A stretch of DNA of 64,000 nt from Deltaproteobacteria bacterium GWB2_55_19 (GCA_001797465.1 MGPQ01000009.1:65009-129008), one strand, 5' to 3'; counted from the first letter of the stretch, positions 29,098-39,271 are shown. The notes: generated from the letters alone by a model not told the origin. Numbers and translations are program-made.

Positions 29098-29366
29098 GAG
29101 GCAAAAGGCTCCTTAAGCGGATTTGGATGTTTTCCCATCCCGTTTATTATATATGAAGAATGGGGGTGAGGAGATAGAGGGACATCGGACGATGGTCCTC
29201 TGGAAATATGCGTGAACGGGGAAACTACCCGGGTAACCGGCCTGACGGACGCGCAATAAAATCCTCCAATGCCATCCGAGAGGCCGGTCCCTTAAAAGAA
29301 GCTTGAAAATTATACGTGTAGCTTCAAACCGTCCCGGAGTCTGACGGTATGAGTATATCAGGAGGC

Positions 29367-31415
29367 CTATAATCTATCAAGGTAGAGGCCCTTCTTGCGG
29401 TTGAGGAGCGCAAGCGACCTCTTGGTTATCTCTTCGACTGTAAAGCCGTACTTCTCGAAAAGCGTCTTGTACGGGGCCGACGCCCCGAACCTCTCGATGC
29501 CGAGTACGCCTCCGTCGCTTCCGGTGTAGCGCTCCCAGCCCATGGGCGAGCCCGCCTCTATCGAAAGCCTTACCCTCGCCTCCGTCGGCAGAACCGATTC
29601 CCGATAGGCCTCGTCCTGCTTATTGAATAGCTCCCAGCTCGGCATGGCGACGACGCGGGCAGCCACACCCCTCTTCGCCAACTCATCGTAAGCCCCGAGC
29701 GCGAGGTGGACTTCAGACCCCGTGGCTATCAGGACGACCTCGGGCTCCCCTTCCGCAGGGTCAACAAGGACATACGCCCCCCTGGAGAGGTTCTCGGCAG
29801 GGGCGAACTTCTCGCGGTTTATGATCGGGATGTTCTGCCTCGTAAGGACCAGCGCCACGGGGCCTCCCTTTTTCGATAACGCCTCTTTCCAGGCAAATGG
29901 CACTTCGGTCGCGTCCGACGGCCTTATGACCGTAAGGTTGGGGATCGCCCTCAAGGCCGCTATCTGCTCAATAGGCTGGTGCGTCGGGCCATCCTCGCCC
30001 AAGCCTATGGAATCGTGCGTGAAGACATAAACGACATGGAGGTTCATAAGCGCGGCGAGCCTTATGGGAGGCCTCATGTAATCCGAGAATATGAGGAAGG
30101 TCGCGCCGTAGGGGACGATAAGGCCGGAGAGCGCCATGCCGTTCATGATCGAGCCCATCGCGTGCTCCCGGACGCCGAAGTGGATGTTCCGGCCAGAGGC
30201 GCCTGGCGCAAAGGCGGAGAGACCCTTAATGAAGGTGTTCGTCGAAGGGGAGAGGTCCGCCGAGCCGCCTACGAGGAACGGCGTCTTTGACGCTATCGCG
30301 TTTAAGACCTTGCCTGAAGCGCTCCGTGTCGCCATAGGTTTTTCTTCTTTTGCAAAAGACGGGAGTAATGACGCCCAGTCCTCGGGTGCTTTCCCGGAAA
30401 AGAGAGCGTCAAGCTCCGCCCCTTCAGCCGGGTATTCCTTCCTGTACCTCTCAAAGAGCCCGTCCCATTCCTTCTCGGACGCGGCGCCTTTGGCAACGGC
30501 CTCCCTGAAGGATGAGAGCGCGGCGTCAGGTATGTAAAAGGTCGGCTCGAGCGGCCATCCGAGCTTCTCCTTGGTGGCCTTTACCTCCGCGGCGCCGAGC
30601 GGCGCTCCGTGGACCTCGGAGGTGTCCTGTTTTGCGGGGCTCCCGAAACCGATGTTCGTGCGTGAGATGATGAGCGAGGGGCGCGTCTTCTCGTCTCTCG
30701 CAGATGCTATGGCGCATGCGATGCCCGAGAGGTCGTTGCCCCCGACCTTTTGCACGTGCCAGCCCATCGCCTCGAACCTCTTGCCCACGTCCTCGGAGAA
30801 GGCGAGGTCGGTCGTCCCCTCTATCGTTATCCTGTTGTCGGAATAGAGGACGACTATGCCGCCGAGCCCGAGGTGCCCGGCCAAAGACGCCGCCTCATTC
30901 GACACACCCTCCATGAGGTCGCCGTCGCTCGTTATCGCGTAGACGTTGTAGTCGAATAGCGGAAAGCCCGGCCTGTTGTATCTTTCGGCAAGATACCTTT
31001 CGGCCATGGCCATGCCGACGCCGTTCGCGAAGCCCTGTCCGAGCGGCCCGGTCGTCGTCTCGATGCCCATCTTCAGGTCGTATTCAGGGTGGCCCGGCGT
31101 GTGCGAACCCCACTGCCTGAACCTCTTCAACTCGTCGAGCGGGAGGTTATAGCCTGTGAGGTGGAGGAGCGAATAGAGGAGCATCGAGCCGTGGCCGGCT
31201 GACAGCACGAACCTGTCGCGGTTATGCCACCCGGGGTCCTTCGGGTTGTGTTTAAGGAAGCGCTTCCATAGCACATAGGCCATCGGCGCGTCTCCCATCG
31301 GCATCCCGGGGTGCCCGGAGTTTGCCGCCTCCACGCCGTCGACGGCCAGGAACCTGATGGTATTGATGCAGAGCGTGTCTTTGTCCGTAAACTCGTTCAT
31401 CAAAGGCTTTTCCAT
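29367..31415 (-). CDS. tkt: Transketolase
   Basis: [48 protein letters not shown]. Confidence 0.97.
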   Translation of the reverse strand: MEKPLMNEFTDKDTLCINTIRFLAVDGVEAANSGHPGMPMGDAPMAYVLWKRFLKHNPKDPGWHNRDRFVLSAGHGSMLLYSLLHLTGYNLPLDELKRFRQWGSHTPGHPEYDLKMGIETTTGPLGQGFANGVGMAMAERYLAERYNRPGFPLFDYNVYAITSDGDLMEGVSNEAASLAGHLGLGGIVVLYSDNRITIEGTTDLAFSEDVGKRFEAMGWHVQKVGGNDLSGIACAIASARDEKTRPSLIISRTNIGFGSPAKQDTSEVHGAPLGAAEVKATKEKLGWPLEPTFYIPDAALSSFREAVAKGAASEKEWDGLFERYRKEYPAEGAELDALFSGKAPEDWASLLPSFAKEEKPMATRSASGKVLNAIASKTPFLVGGSADLSPSTNTFIKGLSAFAPGASGRNIHFGVREHAMGSIMNGMALSGLIVPYGATFLIFSDYMRPPIRLAALMNLHVVYVFTHDSIGLGEDGPTHQPIEQIAALRAIPNLTVIRPSDATEVPFAWKEALSKKGGPVALVLTRQNIPIINREKFAPAENLSRGAYVLVDPAEGEPEVVLIATGSEVHLALGAYDELAKRGVAARVVAMPSWELFNKQDEAYRESVLPTEARVRLSIEAGSPMGWERYTGSDGGVLGIERFGASAPYKTLFEKYGFTVEEITKRSLALLNRKKGLYLDRL

Positions 31416-31453
31416 CCAGACCTCTACATAAAAAAGATTTTTTGGAGATTATT

Positions 31454-31484
31454 AAAAAAACGGAAGGGCCGCTCCGGCCTTTCC
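31454..31484 (-). terminator. Probable intrinsic terminator after the panBCD-DUF502 operon
   Basis: GGAAAGGCCG/CGGCCCTTCC stem followed by T7 on the minus strand. Confidence 0.65.
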
Positions 31485-31525
31485 AGGGGAAAACCGTCAG
31501 TCGATGTAAGACCACGCAACCCTTT

Positions 31526-32188
31526 TTATAGCGCGGTATTAGCCCCGGCCTTCGCCACATTCTGTTGCACGGGGGCCTTGAACTCTTCGTTATTCGGGAA
31601 TACCATGCCGCCTGTCATGATGATTTTAAAAGCGTCCTCTACCTTCATATCGAGGCTTATAACCTCTTTTTCGCTTATCAGGATAAAATACCCGGTCGTC
31701 GGGTTCGGGGTCGTCGGGATGAATACGCTTATCATGTCCTCGCGCACTTTGTGCTTTATCTCGCCGGTGGGTTTGTTGGTGACGAAGCCGACCGAATAGA
31801 GCCCGGCCTTCGGGAACTCGACGAGGACGACGCGCCTGAACCCCTGGTGATCCTTTGTGAAGAAGGTCTCCATGAACTGTTTGGTCGCGTTGTAGACGAT
31901 ACGGAGGACCGGTATCTTCAAAAGGGCCCTCTCGCCGAGGCCAAGGAGCCTTTTACCAAAAAAATTAGTGGCTATGACCCCTATTATCAATATGAGGGCT
32001 ATGGTGACGATGATCCCGAGCCCCGGGACATGCACCGGGAGGAAATTGTCCGGGTGGAACGAGGACGGCATAAGAAGAAAGACGCCGTCCATGAAACTCA
32101 CGATGAGCGAGAGCACGTAGACGGTAATATAGAGCGGCACCACGACGAGGAGCCCTGCTATGAAATAAGCCCTCAGGCCCTTTTTCAT
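31526..32188 (-). CDS. DUF502 family membrane protein
   Basis: [30 protein letters not shown]. Confidence 0.9.
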   Translation of the reverse strand: MKKGLRAYFIAGLLVVVPLYITVYVLSLIVSFMDGVFLLMPSSFHPDNFLPVHVPGLGIIVTIALILIIGVIATNFFGKRLLGLGERALLKIPVLRIVYNATKQFMETFFTKDHQGFRRVVLVEFPKAGLYSVGFVTNKPTGEIKHKVREDMISVFIPTTPNPTTGYFILISEKEVISLDMKVEDAFKIIMTGGMVFPNNEEFKAPVQQNVAKAGANTAL

Positions 32189-32565
32189 ATCGAAGAGCCT
32201 GCGAGGACCGCGCTTACCTTCCTTATCGAATTACTGCCGTCGACGTAGATGAGCGCAGGGGCGTGCCCGAGGGCCTCCTTGTCCTCGTAGACCGAGTAGG
32301 ACGCGATAATTACGAGGTCGCCTTTTCTGGCGAGGTGCGCGGCGGCCCCGTTTATGGAGATCGTCCCGCTCCCGCGCTCGGCCTTTATCGCATAGGTCGT
32401 GAGGCGGTTCCCGTTGCTGATGTCGTATATCTGGACCTGCTCGAATTCAAATATGCCGGCGGCCTCCATGAGGGCCTCGTCAATAGCGACAGACCCCTCG
32501 TAGTCGATATTGGCGTCAGTGACAGTCGCCCTGTGTATCTTGCTCTTTAACATCACGCGTTGCAT
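32185..32565 (-). CDS. panD: Aspartate 1-decarboxylase
   Basis: [29 protein letters not shown]. Confidence 0.97.
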   Translation of the reverse strand: MQRVMLKSKIHRATVTDANIDYEGSVAIDEALMEAAGIFEFEQVQIYDISNGNRLTTYAIKAERGSGTISINGAAAHLARKGDLVIIASYSVYEDKEALGHAPALIYVDGSNSIRKVSAVLAGSSI

Positions 32566-32586
32566 GGCGTTCGTATATCCTCCCGG

Positions 32587-33453
32587 TTATGCTCGGACCC
32601 TTGTTGAGACCAGAGTGTTGTCTATGAGCCGCGCGCCTCCGATACGGACGGCGAGCGCGACGAGCGCCTCATCTTCTATTTTGTCGAGGTCCTCAAGCGA
32701 TTCCTTATCGCATACCCTCAGATACTCTATCACGGCTACCGGCTCTTTCTCTATAATTTTTTTCATTATCTCAATCAAATCAGTGGCTTGCCGTACTCCG
32801 GAGGACGCCCCCCCGGACGCGGCCTCTAATGCCGCAGGGATGCATCTCGCGGCCTCTCTTTCGGATTCCGACAAGTACGCGTTTCTGGAACTCATGGCGA
32901 GCCCGTCTCTCTCCCTTACAGTCTCGACCCCGACGATTGCGACGCCGAGGTTCAAGTCCATCGTCATCCTCTCTATTATCTTCAACTGCTGAAAGTCTTT
33001 TTTCCCGAATACCGCGATGTCGGGCAGAACCATGTTGAAGAGCTTGAGCACTACCGTCGCCACACCCCTGAAGTGGCCGGGCCTCGTCTCGCCGCAGAGG
33101 TGTTTCGAAAGGACCGCTACCTCAACGAACGTCTCAAACCCCTCTGGGTAGACGTCGTCAACGCCGGGCGTGAATACTGCGTCCACCCCCTCCTCCCCCG
33201 CCATTTTCAAGTCTCTGTCCATGTCCCGCGGATAGGAGGAGAGGTCCTCTTTAGGGCCGAACTGAGTCGGGTTTACGAATATGCTCAATACGAGAAGTCC
33301 GTCTTTGCCCACGGCCTTTCGTCCGGCCTTAAGGAGCTCCCTGTGGCCGTCGTGGAGGAACCCCATTGTGGGGACAAAGACGACCTTTTGCCCTTCAGCC
33401 TTTACAGCCTTCGAACGCGCCTGCATGAGGGAGACTTCTTTTATTATTTCCAT
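32587..33453 (-). CDS. panC: Pantoate--beta-alanine ligase
   Basis: FVPTMGFLHDGH, SIFVNPTQF, RPGHFRGV, FGKKDFQQ, GLAMSSRN, RLIDN. Confidence 0.97.
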   Translation of the reverse strand: MEIIKEVSLMQARSKAVKAEGQKVVFVPTMGFLHDGHRELLKAGRKAVGKDGLLVLSIFVNPTQFGPKEDLSSYPRDMDRDLKMAGEEGVDAVFTPGVDDVYPEGFETFVEVAVLSKHLCGETRPGHFRGVATVVLKLFNMVLPDIAVFGKKDFQQLKIIERMTMDLNLGVAIVGVETVRERDGLAMSSRNAYLSESEREAARCIPAALEAASGGASSGVRQATDLIEIMKKIIEKEPVAVIEYLRVCDKESLEDLDKIEDEALVALAVRIGGARLIDNTLVSTRVRA

Positions 33454-33460
33454 GGTCCAT

Positions 33461-33492
33461 AATCTCCCCTCCCCCTCTTTAGAAAAGAGGGG
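33461..33492. repeat. CCCCTCTTT-NN-AAAGAGGGG REP-like unit
   Basis: AATCTCCCCTCCCCCTCTTTAGAAAAGAGGGG, near-identical to 14178-14210. Confidence 0.75.
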
Positions 33493-33507
33493 TCAAAAAC
33501 TTCTAAA

Positions 33508-34308
33508 TCAGTAGGTATGTTCCTTCGAGGGAAACCTCCCCTCATTAACGTCCTTTATGAACTCCCCAACCGCAAGCGAGATTATCCTGTTGAGGTCCGC
33601 GTACTTTTTGACGAACCTCGGGACCCTGTTGCCTGCCATGAGGCCGAGCATGTCGTTTACTACGAGGACCTGCCCGTCGCAGTCCGGGCCCGCGCCTATG
33701 CCGATAGTAGGGATGGAGAGAGACGCGGTTATCTCCTTAGCGAGAGAGGCGGGTATGCCTTCAAGAACTATCGCGAAGGCCCCTGCCTCCTCTATCGAGC
33801 GCGCGTCATCCATCAATGCCTCGGCGTCCGTCTTGGATTTACCCTGTACCCTGTATCCGCCCATCCTGTGTATCGATTGCGGCGTAAGGCCGATGTGCCC
33901 CATTACAGGGACGTCCATATCGGTTATCGCCCTTATGGTATCGGCGGCCTTCGTGCCGCCTTCGAGCTTGACCGCCTCTGCCCCGCCTTCTTTGATAAGC
34001 CTGCAGGCGTTCCTCTTGGCCTCTTTCCTGCTCACCTGGTATGAGGCAAAAGGCATGTCTGCGACGACAAGGGCCGAGGCCCTCCCCCTCGCGACCGCCC
34101 GGCAATGGTATGTCATCTCATCGAGCGTAACCGGGAGCGTCGTCTCGTAGCCCGCCTCGACCATGCCGCAGGAGTCGCCGACGAGCAATACCGGTATCCC
34201 CGCCTCGTCGAGCACCCTCGCGGTCTGGAAGTCGTATGCGGTAAGGACAGGTATCTTTCTCCCTTCCGCCTTCATCTTGAGGATTTCGGGTACAGTTATC
34301 TTCTTCAT
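33508..34308 (-). CDS. panB: 3-methyl-2-oxobutanoate hydroxymethyltransferase
   Basis: LTAYD, LVGDS, DMPF, VKLEGG, HIGLTPQ, GIGAG..CDGQVLV; start at MKKIT chosen from SD spacing. Confidence 0.97.
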   Translation of the reverse strand: MKKITVPEILKMKAEGRKIPVLTAYDFQTARVLDEAGIPVLLVGDSCGMVEAGYETTLPVTLDEMTYHCRAVARGRASALVVADMPFASYQVSRKEAKRNACRLIKEGGAEAVKLEGGTKAADTIRAITDMDVPVMGHIGLTPQSIHRMGGYRVQGKSKTDAEALMDDARSIEEAGAFAIVLEGIPASLAKEITASLSIPTIGIGAGPDCDGQVLVVNDMLGLMAGNRVPRFVKKYADLNRIISLAVGEFIKDVNEGRFPSKEHTY

Positions 34309-34405
34309 GCGCATCTCCACAGATATTGAAAAAGTCCATCCATGGCTTTTTCAACTACCATCCATGTATTGCCTTGGCAGGGTGTCTTTCAACACCCTGC
34401 CAACT

Positions 34406-34436
34406 AAAAGACCTTCCGCGAAAGCCCCGGAAGGTC
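34406..34436 (-). terminator. Terminator-like hairpin in the panB leader
   Basis: GACCTTCCG-N9-CGGAAGGTC-TTTT on the minus strand. Confidence 0.6.
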
Positions 34437-34479
34437 CATGTATCAGAAAACTGCCATATGGCCAAAGGCCCGGTATAAC

Positions 34480-34508
34480 ATTATAGACTAAAAAAGCCCT
34501 TTATACAA
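34480..34508 (-). promoter_or_regulatory. Sigma70-type promoter upstream of panB
   Basis: TTGTAT-N17-TATAAT. Confidence 0.7.
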
Positions 34509-34513
34509 CGGCT

Positions 34514-35170
34514 TTAAAGGCTTTTCAGTTGCCTGGAGGAGAGCGGGATGTAGTGTTGCGACCCGCCCTTCATGGTCTTTATCTCTTTTACGAGGTTGGT
34601 GAGGTCCTCGGGGGTATTGACAAAGTCTATCTCTGTCGTGTTGACGACGAGGAGCGGCGTGTCGGTATAATAGAAGAAGTACCTGTTGTACGCGTCGATG
34701 AGCTTCTCAAGATAACCCTCTTTTATCCCCTGCTCGTAATCGAGGTTTCTCCTGCCGATCCTTTCAAGGAGGATGTCTGTCGAGGCCTGGAGGTATATGA
34801 CGAGGTCGGGTTTCGGTATGCGGGTGTCGAGGAGCCTGTATACCTGCTCGTAGAGGCTCAGTTCGTTCTCGTCGAGGTTCAGGTACGCGAATATCCTGTC
34901 CTTGGCGAAGAGGTAGTCTGAGATGACCGTCGAGCTGAAGAGCTCCTGCTGGGTCATCTCCTTCTGTTGCTGGTACCTGCTTATGAGGAAAAAGAGCTGT
35001 GTCTGAAAGGCGTACTTCTTTATGTCGCCGTAGAACTTCGGCAGGAACGGGTTGGCGTCTACCTCCTCAATGAGGGTCCTGCCACCCAGTTCCTTGGCAA
35101 GCAGCTCCGCGAGGCTCGATTTGCCGACCCCTATCGGGCCTTCTATCGCGATATATCTCGATTTTTCCAT
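34514..35170 (-). CDS. Deoxynucleoside kinase
   Basis: IAIEGPIGVGKSS, NPFLPKFY, AFQTQLFFL.SR, PDLVIYL. Confidence 0.93.
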   Translation of the reverse strand: MEKSRYIAIEGPIGVGKSSLAELLAKELGGRTLIEEVDANPFLPKFYGDIKKYAFQTQLFFLISRYQQQKEMTQQELFSSTVISDYLFAKDRIFAYLNLDENELSLYEQVYRLLDTRIPKPDLVIYLQASTDILLERIGRRNLDYEQGIKEGYLEKLIDAYNRYFFYYTDTPLLVVNTTEIDFVNTPEDLTNLVKEIKTMKGGSQHYIPLSSRQLKSL

Positions 35171-35275
35171 TTATATTATGGGGGATACGCCTAAAGGAGG
35201 ATTACACCAAGTTATCCCAGGCAAAGGGAAAAGTCAAGGGCGTATAAGGCTCTTTTACGCGTAAAAAGGATGTTT

Positions 35276-36154
35276 TCAAGGAATGTCTCCACTCTGAGCG
35301 GTGAGCGCAAAAAACGCGCGGGTAAGCGCGGCGAATTCATCGATTGATAGCGTCTCCCCCCTCCTCCCGGGGTCGATCCCCGCATGAAAAAGCGCTTCAG
35401 CGACGACCGCCTTTTCGTATCCGAGGAAAACGAGCGAATTTAAAAGCGTCTTCCTCCGCGTGCCGAAAGAAGCCCTGACGACGGCCTTGAAAAGCCGCTC
35501 GTCTGCTATCTCGACCTTCGGCTCGTCGAGCACCTTAAACACGACGACGCTGGACGTGACCTTCGGCGGCGGCGTGAAGAGGTGCGCCGGGATGTTGAAG
35601 GCGATCTTCGCCTCCGTAAACGCCTGCGCGTAGACCGAAAGCGTCCCGTACTCCTTTGTGGAGGGATGGGCTACTATCCTCTCGGCCACCTCTTTCTGGA
35701 ACATGAGGACGAGGACTGAAAAGGCCGCCCGTTCCTCGAGGAACTTGGCGAGTAGCGGGCCGGAGATGTTGTACGGGAGGTTCGATACGGCTTTGAGCCT
35801 TGTACCGATTCCGCCGGAGAACTCCGCAAAAGACACTTTGAGGGCGTCTCCGGTCACGAGGCGGAGCTTATCCGTAGTAAAAACGCCCTTAAGATAACCG
35901 GATAATGCCCTGTCAGCCTCGACGGCCACGACAGTAGCCCCGGTCTCAAGCAACGCGCCGGTGAGCGCGCCCCTGCCCGGCCCGATTTCAAGTACGGTGT
36001 CTCCCTCTTTTACGGCGCCGGCCGAAACGATCTTCCGGATGATGTTCTTGTCTTTCAGGAAGTGCTGTCCGAGACGCTTCTTCGGAAAATGGAGCCTCGA
36101 AACGCCACACTCGTCCTCTTTCTTCCCGCGCCTGCCGTTTCCTTCGCTATACAT
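35276..36154 (-). CDS. rsmA: 16S rRNA (A1518/A1519) dimethyltransferase
   Basis: KKRLGQHFL, LEIGPGRG.LT, SNLPYNIS, MFQKEVAER, RRKTL.N; start uncertain. Confidence 0.95.
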   Translation of the reverse strand: MYSEGNGRRGKKEDECGVSRLHFPKKRLGQHFLKDKNIIRKIVSAGAVKEGDTVLEIGPGRGALTGALLETGATVVAVEADRALSGYLKGVFTTDKLRLVTGDALKVSFAEFSGGIGTRLKAVSNLPYNISGPLLAKFLEERAAFSVLVLMFQKEVAERIVAHPSTKEYGTLSVYAQAFTEAKIAFNIPAHLFTPPPKVTSSVVVFKVLDEPKVEIADERLFKAVVRASFGTRRKTLLNSLVFLGYEKAVVAEALFHAGIDPGRRGETLSIDEFAALTRAFFALTAQSGDIP

Positions 36155-36155
36155 C

Positions 36156-37172
36156 TTAGAACCCCTCCCATGTGGGGAGCGCATTCATGTCTATCGACCC
36201 TATAATCCCTTTTTTCAACTGATGATAACCGAGGGCGGCCGCTACCGCGCCGTTGTCCGAGCAGTATTTGGGCGGCGGGATAAAGAGCCTTGCGCCAACG
36301 GACGCGGCCATTACAGCGGCCTTTGTCCGGAGCCTCGAGTTGCAGGCGACCCCGCCGGAGATTATAAGGTCGTTTGAGCCGGTCTTTTCAAGCGCCCAGA
36401 GGGCCTTTGTGACGAGCGTGTCGATTGCCGCCTCCTGAAAGCTGGCGGCGAGGTCGGGGATACCTTCCGGAGAAAGAGACCCCTTCGACCTTACGAAGTT
36501 AAGGACAGCGGTCTTCAATCCGCTGAAACTGAAATCGAGCGACCCTTTCGAGATAAGGGGGCGCGTGAATCGGTGAGAGTCCGCGTTGCCGTCTCGCGCG
36601 ACCCTGTCTATCGCCGCCCCGCCCGGGTATCCGAGACCGATGAGCTTGGCTACCTTGTCAAAGGCCTCGCCTGCCGCGTCATCGAGCGTTGTGCCTATTA
36701 TCTCGTACTCGGTATGGGCTTTAAGGAGGAGGAGTGTGGTGTGCCCGCCGGAGACTATCATGGCTATGGCGGGAAAACCGGGGACATCTTTATCCTCGTT
36801 GCGCCCCTTGAGGAACGCGGCGAACGGGTGCGCCTCTATGTGGTTCACGCCGGTGAAGGGTATCCTGGCCGCATATGAGACGGCCTTGGCGAAGGTGAGG
36901 CCGATAAGGAGGGAGCCGACGAGCCCCGGCCCCTGCGTTACAGCTATGCCGCCTATGTCGTTGAGCGCGACACCGGCAGATGAAAGCGCCTCCTCGACGA
37001 CAGGTATTATCGAATCGATGTGTCTACGCGAGGCGAGCTCAGGGACGACGCCGCCGTATTTGGCGTGGATGAAGTCCTGGGAGGAGACTACGGATGAGAG
37101 GACGATCGATCCGTCCTCCACCACAGCCGCGCCGGTATCGTCGCACGAGGATTCTATGCCGAGTATGAGCAT
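36156..37172 (-). CDS. tsaD: tRNA N6-adenosine threonylcarbamoyltransferase
   Basis: LGIESSCDDT, GGVVPELASR.H, NHIEAH, SGGHT, DDAAGEAFDK, FSFSGLKT, CSDNG. Confidence 0.97.
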   Translation of the reverse strand: MLILGIESSCDDTGAAVVEDGSIVLSSVVSSQDFIHAKYGGVVPELASRRHIDSIIPVVEEALSSAGVALNDIGGIAVTQGPGLVGSLLIGLTFAKAVSYAARIPFTGVNHIEAHPFAAFLKGRNEDKDVPGFPAIAMIVSGGHTTLLLLKAHTEYEIIGTTLDDAAGEAFDKVAKLIGLGYPGGAAIDRVARDGNADSHRFTRPLISKGSLDFSFSGLKTAVLNFVRSKGSLSPEGIPDLAASFQEAAIDTLVTKALWALEKTGSNDLIISGGVACNSRLRTKAAVMAASVGARLFIPPPKYCSDNGAVAAALGYHQLKKGIIGSIDMNALPTWEGF

Positions 37173-37206
37173 GTGAGAGAATTATTATCGCTTGCGGAAA
37201 ATATAT

Positions 37207-37430
37207 AGGCTATCCTCTAAAAATTAGGAATTTTTTCTGAGGTCAAGGAAGGGCGGAAATAAAAAGCGGAGCATATATGATAATATATGAGCATTTTTAT
37301 TTCCGTCCTGACGCAGTCCTGACCGGACGGGCAAATTCGTATCAAACGGCTGAACATATGATTACCCCAGGGGCTCCGTTTGATATTTGGCCCTGCGCCG
37401 AGCAGTCAGGAAAAATAACAATTTTTAGAG
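37207..37430 (+). repeat. ~140-bp MITE-like element, copy 2 of 3, expanded by a nested ~89-bp insert
   Basis: Matches 48506-48648 on both sides of 37317-37405. Confidence 0.9.
37317..37405. mobile_element. ~89-bp miniature element, copy B (nested)
   Basis: Absent from the two sister host copies; ends TCCTGACCGGACGGGC / TGCGCCGAGCA; perfect internal stem ATCAAACGG/CCGTTTGAT. Confidence 0.75.
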
Positions 37431-37431
37431 G

Positions 37432-38562
37432 CTACTCCCTCGCTATCGCCCTTAGGGCCCTGAGGAACTCCTCGATGTCGCTATCGACGGTGAAGTAACC
37501 CGGGCTCACCCTTATCGCGCCGTCCGGGTGGGTCCCGGCCTCCCTGTGCGCCTCGGGGGCGCAGTGGGCGCCGGTCCTGACCATTATCGCGTGCTTATCA
37601 TCGAGCGCGACCCCTACCTCGGCCGGCTTTTTGCCTTCGATATTGAACGCCACGAGCGCGGCCCTCCTGGATGCCTCCGGGGTCCCTATCAACCTTACTT
37701 TTTTAATGGAATTCAGCCCCTCGATTATCCCGGCTACGAGCGCTTCCTCCCGCTCCCTCACCTTCGATACATCTTCCTTCAGGAGGAACTCTATGCCGGC
37801 GGCGAGCCCGCCTATGCCCGGGGTATTCATGGTGCCGGATTCCAGCCTCTCGGGCATCTCGAGGTCGACTTCAAGCTCTCCGGTCCCGCCGTTTATGAGA
37901 GGCTCGGGCTCGACACCCTCCCTGACGTACAAAAACCCCGTGCCCTGTGGGCCGAAGAGGGCCTTGTGCCCGGTAGCCGCGAGTATGTCTATATTCATGC
38001 CAGGCGCGTCTATGGGGAGCGCGCCGACGGTCTGGGCCCCGTCGACCATGAAGATCACCCCTTTTTCCCTGCAGAGCGCCCCGATGGCTTCGATATCCTG
38101 GAGCGCGCCGAAGACGTTCGAGGCGTGTGAGAGGCAGACGACCCGCGTTTCATTCGTTATAGCGGAGGCGATTGTTTCAACCCCGACGAAGCCGTCCTTG
38201 TCAGGCCTCACCTTCGTCACCTTTACGCCCTCTTTCGAGAGCCTGCCGAGCGTCTTAACTACCGAGTTGTGCTCAAAAGACGTCGTGATTACGTGGTCGC
38301 CGGGTCTGAGCAGGCCCTTAAGGGCTATGTTTATCGCCTCTGTCGCGTTCTTTGTAAAGGCGATCCTCGATGAGTCCGGGATATTAATGAGTCTCCCGGC
38401 GGCCTCCCTCGCGGCAAAGACGACCCTGCTCGCCTCTATGGCCATCCTGTGGGACGCGCGCCCCGGGTTGCCGCTGATCTTCCTGAGTATATGGTCGATC
38501 CTCCTGTAAACCGTTTCGGGTTTGGGGTAGGATGTGGCCGCGTTGTCGAGATAGATCATCAT
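37432..38562 (-). CDS. Cysteine desulfurase-family (class V PLP) enzyme
   Basis: YLDNAATS, NPGR, EHNSV, DGAQ, TGHK, ESGT.N, R.G.HCAP. Confidence 0.9.
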   Translation of the reverse strand: MMIYLDNAATSYPKPETVYRRIDHILRKISGNPGRASHRMAIEASRVVFAAREAAGRLINIPDSSRIAFTKNATEAINIALKGLLRPGDHVITTSFEHNSVVKTLGRLSKEGVKVTKVRPDKDGFVGVETIASAITNETRVVCLSHASNVFGALQDIEAIGALCREKGVIFMVDGAQTVGALPIDAPGMNIDILAATGHKALFGPQGTGFLYVREGVEPEPLINGGTGELEVDLEMPERLESGTMNTPGIGGLAAGIEFLLKEDVSKVREREEALVAGIIEGLNSIKKVRLIGTPEASRRAALVAFNIEGKKPAEVGVALDDKHAIMVRTGAHCAPEAHREAGTHPDGAIRVSPGYFTVDSDIEEFLRALRAIARE

Positions 38563-38691
38563 TCCTGTTCCTTCACGATATTTTCAAGGTATAAATCATA
38601 CCACCTTTCGGCGGAGAGGTCATCTGAATCTTCGGACAAATGACGCCGCCGCTTGCAGAAGGCGTCCCTGCAACCAACCGCTTATCGCTTT

Positions 38692-39114
38692 TTATTTCAA
38701 GAGCACGACCCCGCCAACGACAAGGCCGATGCCGATGAGCTTCTGGACGGTAAAGCTCTCACCCAGGAAGACGACCGACACGACGAGCGCGACAAGCGGG
38801 TATGTGGCGGCCACAGGCACTGCAACCGACGCCTCGCCGTACTTAAGCGCCGAGTAAAATGCGAGCTGTCCGAGGAGCCCGGCTATGAGCCCTCCGGCGG
38901 CTACAAGCAACGCGCTCTTCAGATCGACCGTCGCAATGGACGCGGTCCTGCCCATGACCGCGAGCCCGATAAAGGCGATTACTGCTACGGGTATGGACCT
39001 TATCACCACCCCGAGGTAAGGATCGATCTTCCCGTCGAGGCCGAGCTTTTCAAAGGCCGGCGCAAAACCCCAGATAAGGGCGGTAAGCGCCGCGAACATG
39101 AATGATTTGGACAT
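38692..39114 (-). CDS. EamA/DMT-family small transporter
   Basis: About five hydrophobic segments; ALK.GEAS...P....YP......FLGE. Confidence 0.85.
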   Translation of the reverse strand: MSKSFMFAALTALIWGFAPAFEKLGLDGKIDPYLGVVIRSIPVAVIAFIGLAVMGRTASIATVDLKSALLVAAGGLIAGLLGQLAFYSALKYGEASVAVPVAATYPLVALVVSVVFLGESFTVQKLIGIGLVVGGVVLLK

Positions 39115-39180
39115 AAGGCTTACCTCCGGAAGGGTCTGACCATATTTTAGCTTATATGGCGGAGGGGTAAAAGGGAATTC

Positions 39181-39218
39181 AGGGCAGGGATTATGTCCCC
39201 CTCTTTTCTAAAGAGGGA
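39181..39218. repeat. Degenerate CCCCTCTTT-NN-AAAGAGGG REP-like unit
   Basis: AGGGCAGGGATT..CCCCCTCTTTTCTAAAGAGGG. Confidence 0.55.
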
Positions 39219-39225
39219 TGTAAAC

Positions 39226-39261
39226 AAAAAAAGGGCGGGGCCGACAGGCCCCGCCCTTTTT
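39226..39261. terminator. Intrinsic terminator (bidirectional form)
   Basis: A7-GGGCGGGGCC-loop-GGCCCCGCCC-T5 just after the carbonic anhydrase stop. Confidence 0.85.
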
Positions 39262-39271
39262 AAATTACGGC

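Noticed and set aside
34440..34486. TATAAT...ATATGG...GTTTTCT resembles a purine riboswitch
   Set aside because: The P2/P3 stems and the CCGTAAA loop are absent; the TATAAT is better explained as a -10 box
37631..38509. Long antisense ORFs (also 45398-46216, 50125-51012, 59436-60338 and many shorter ones)
   Set aside because: Shadow frames opposite well-supported genes, as expected from high-GC codon bias
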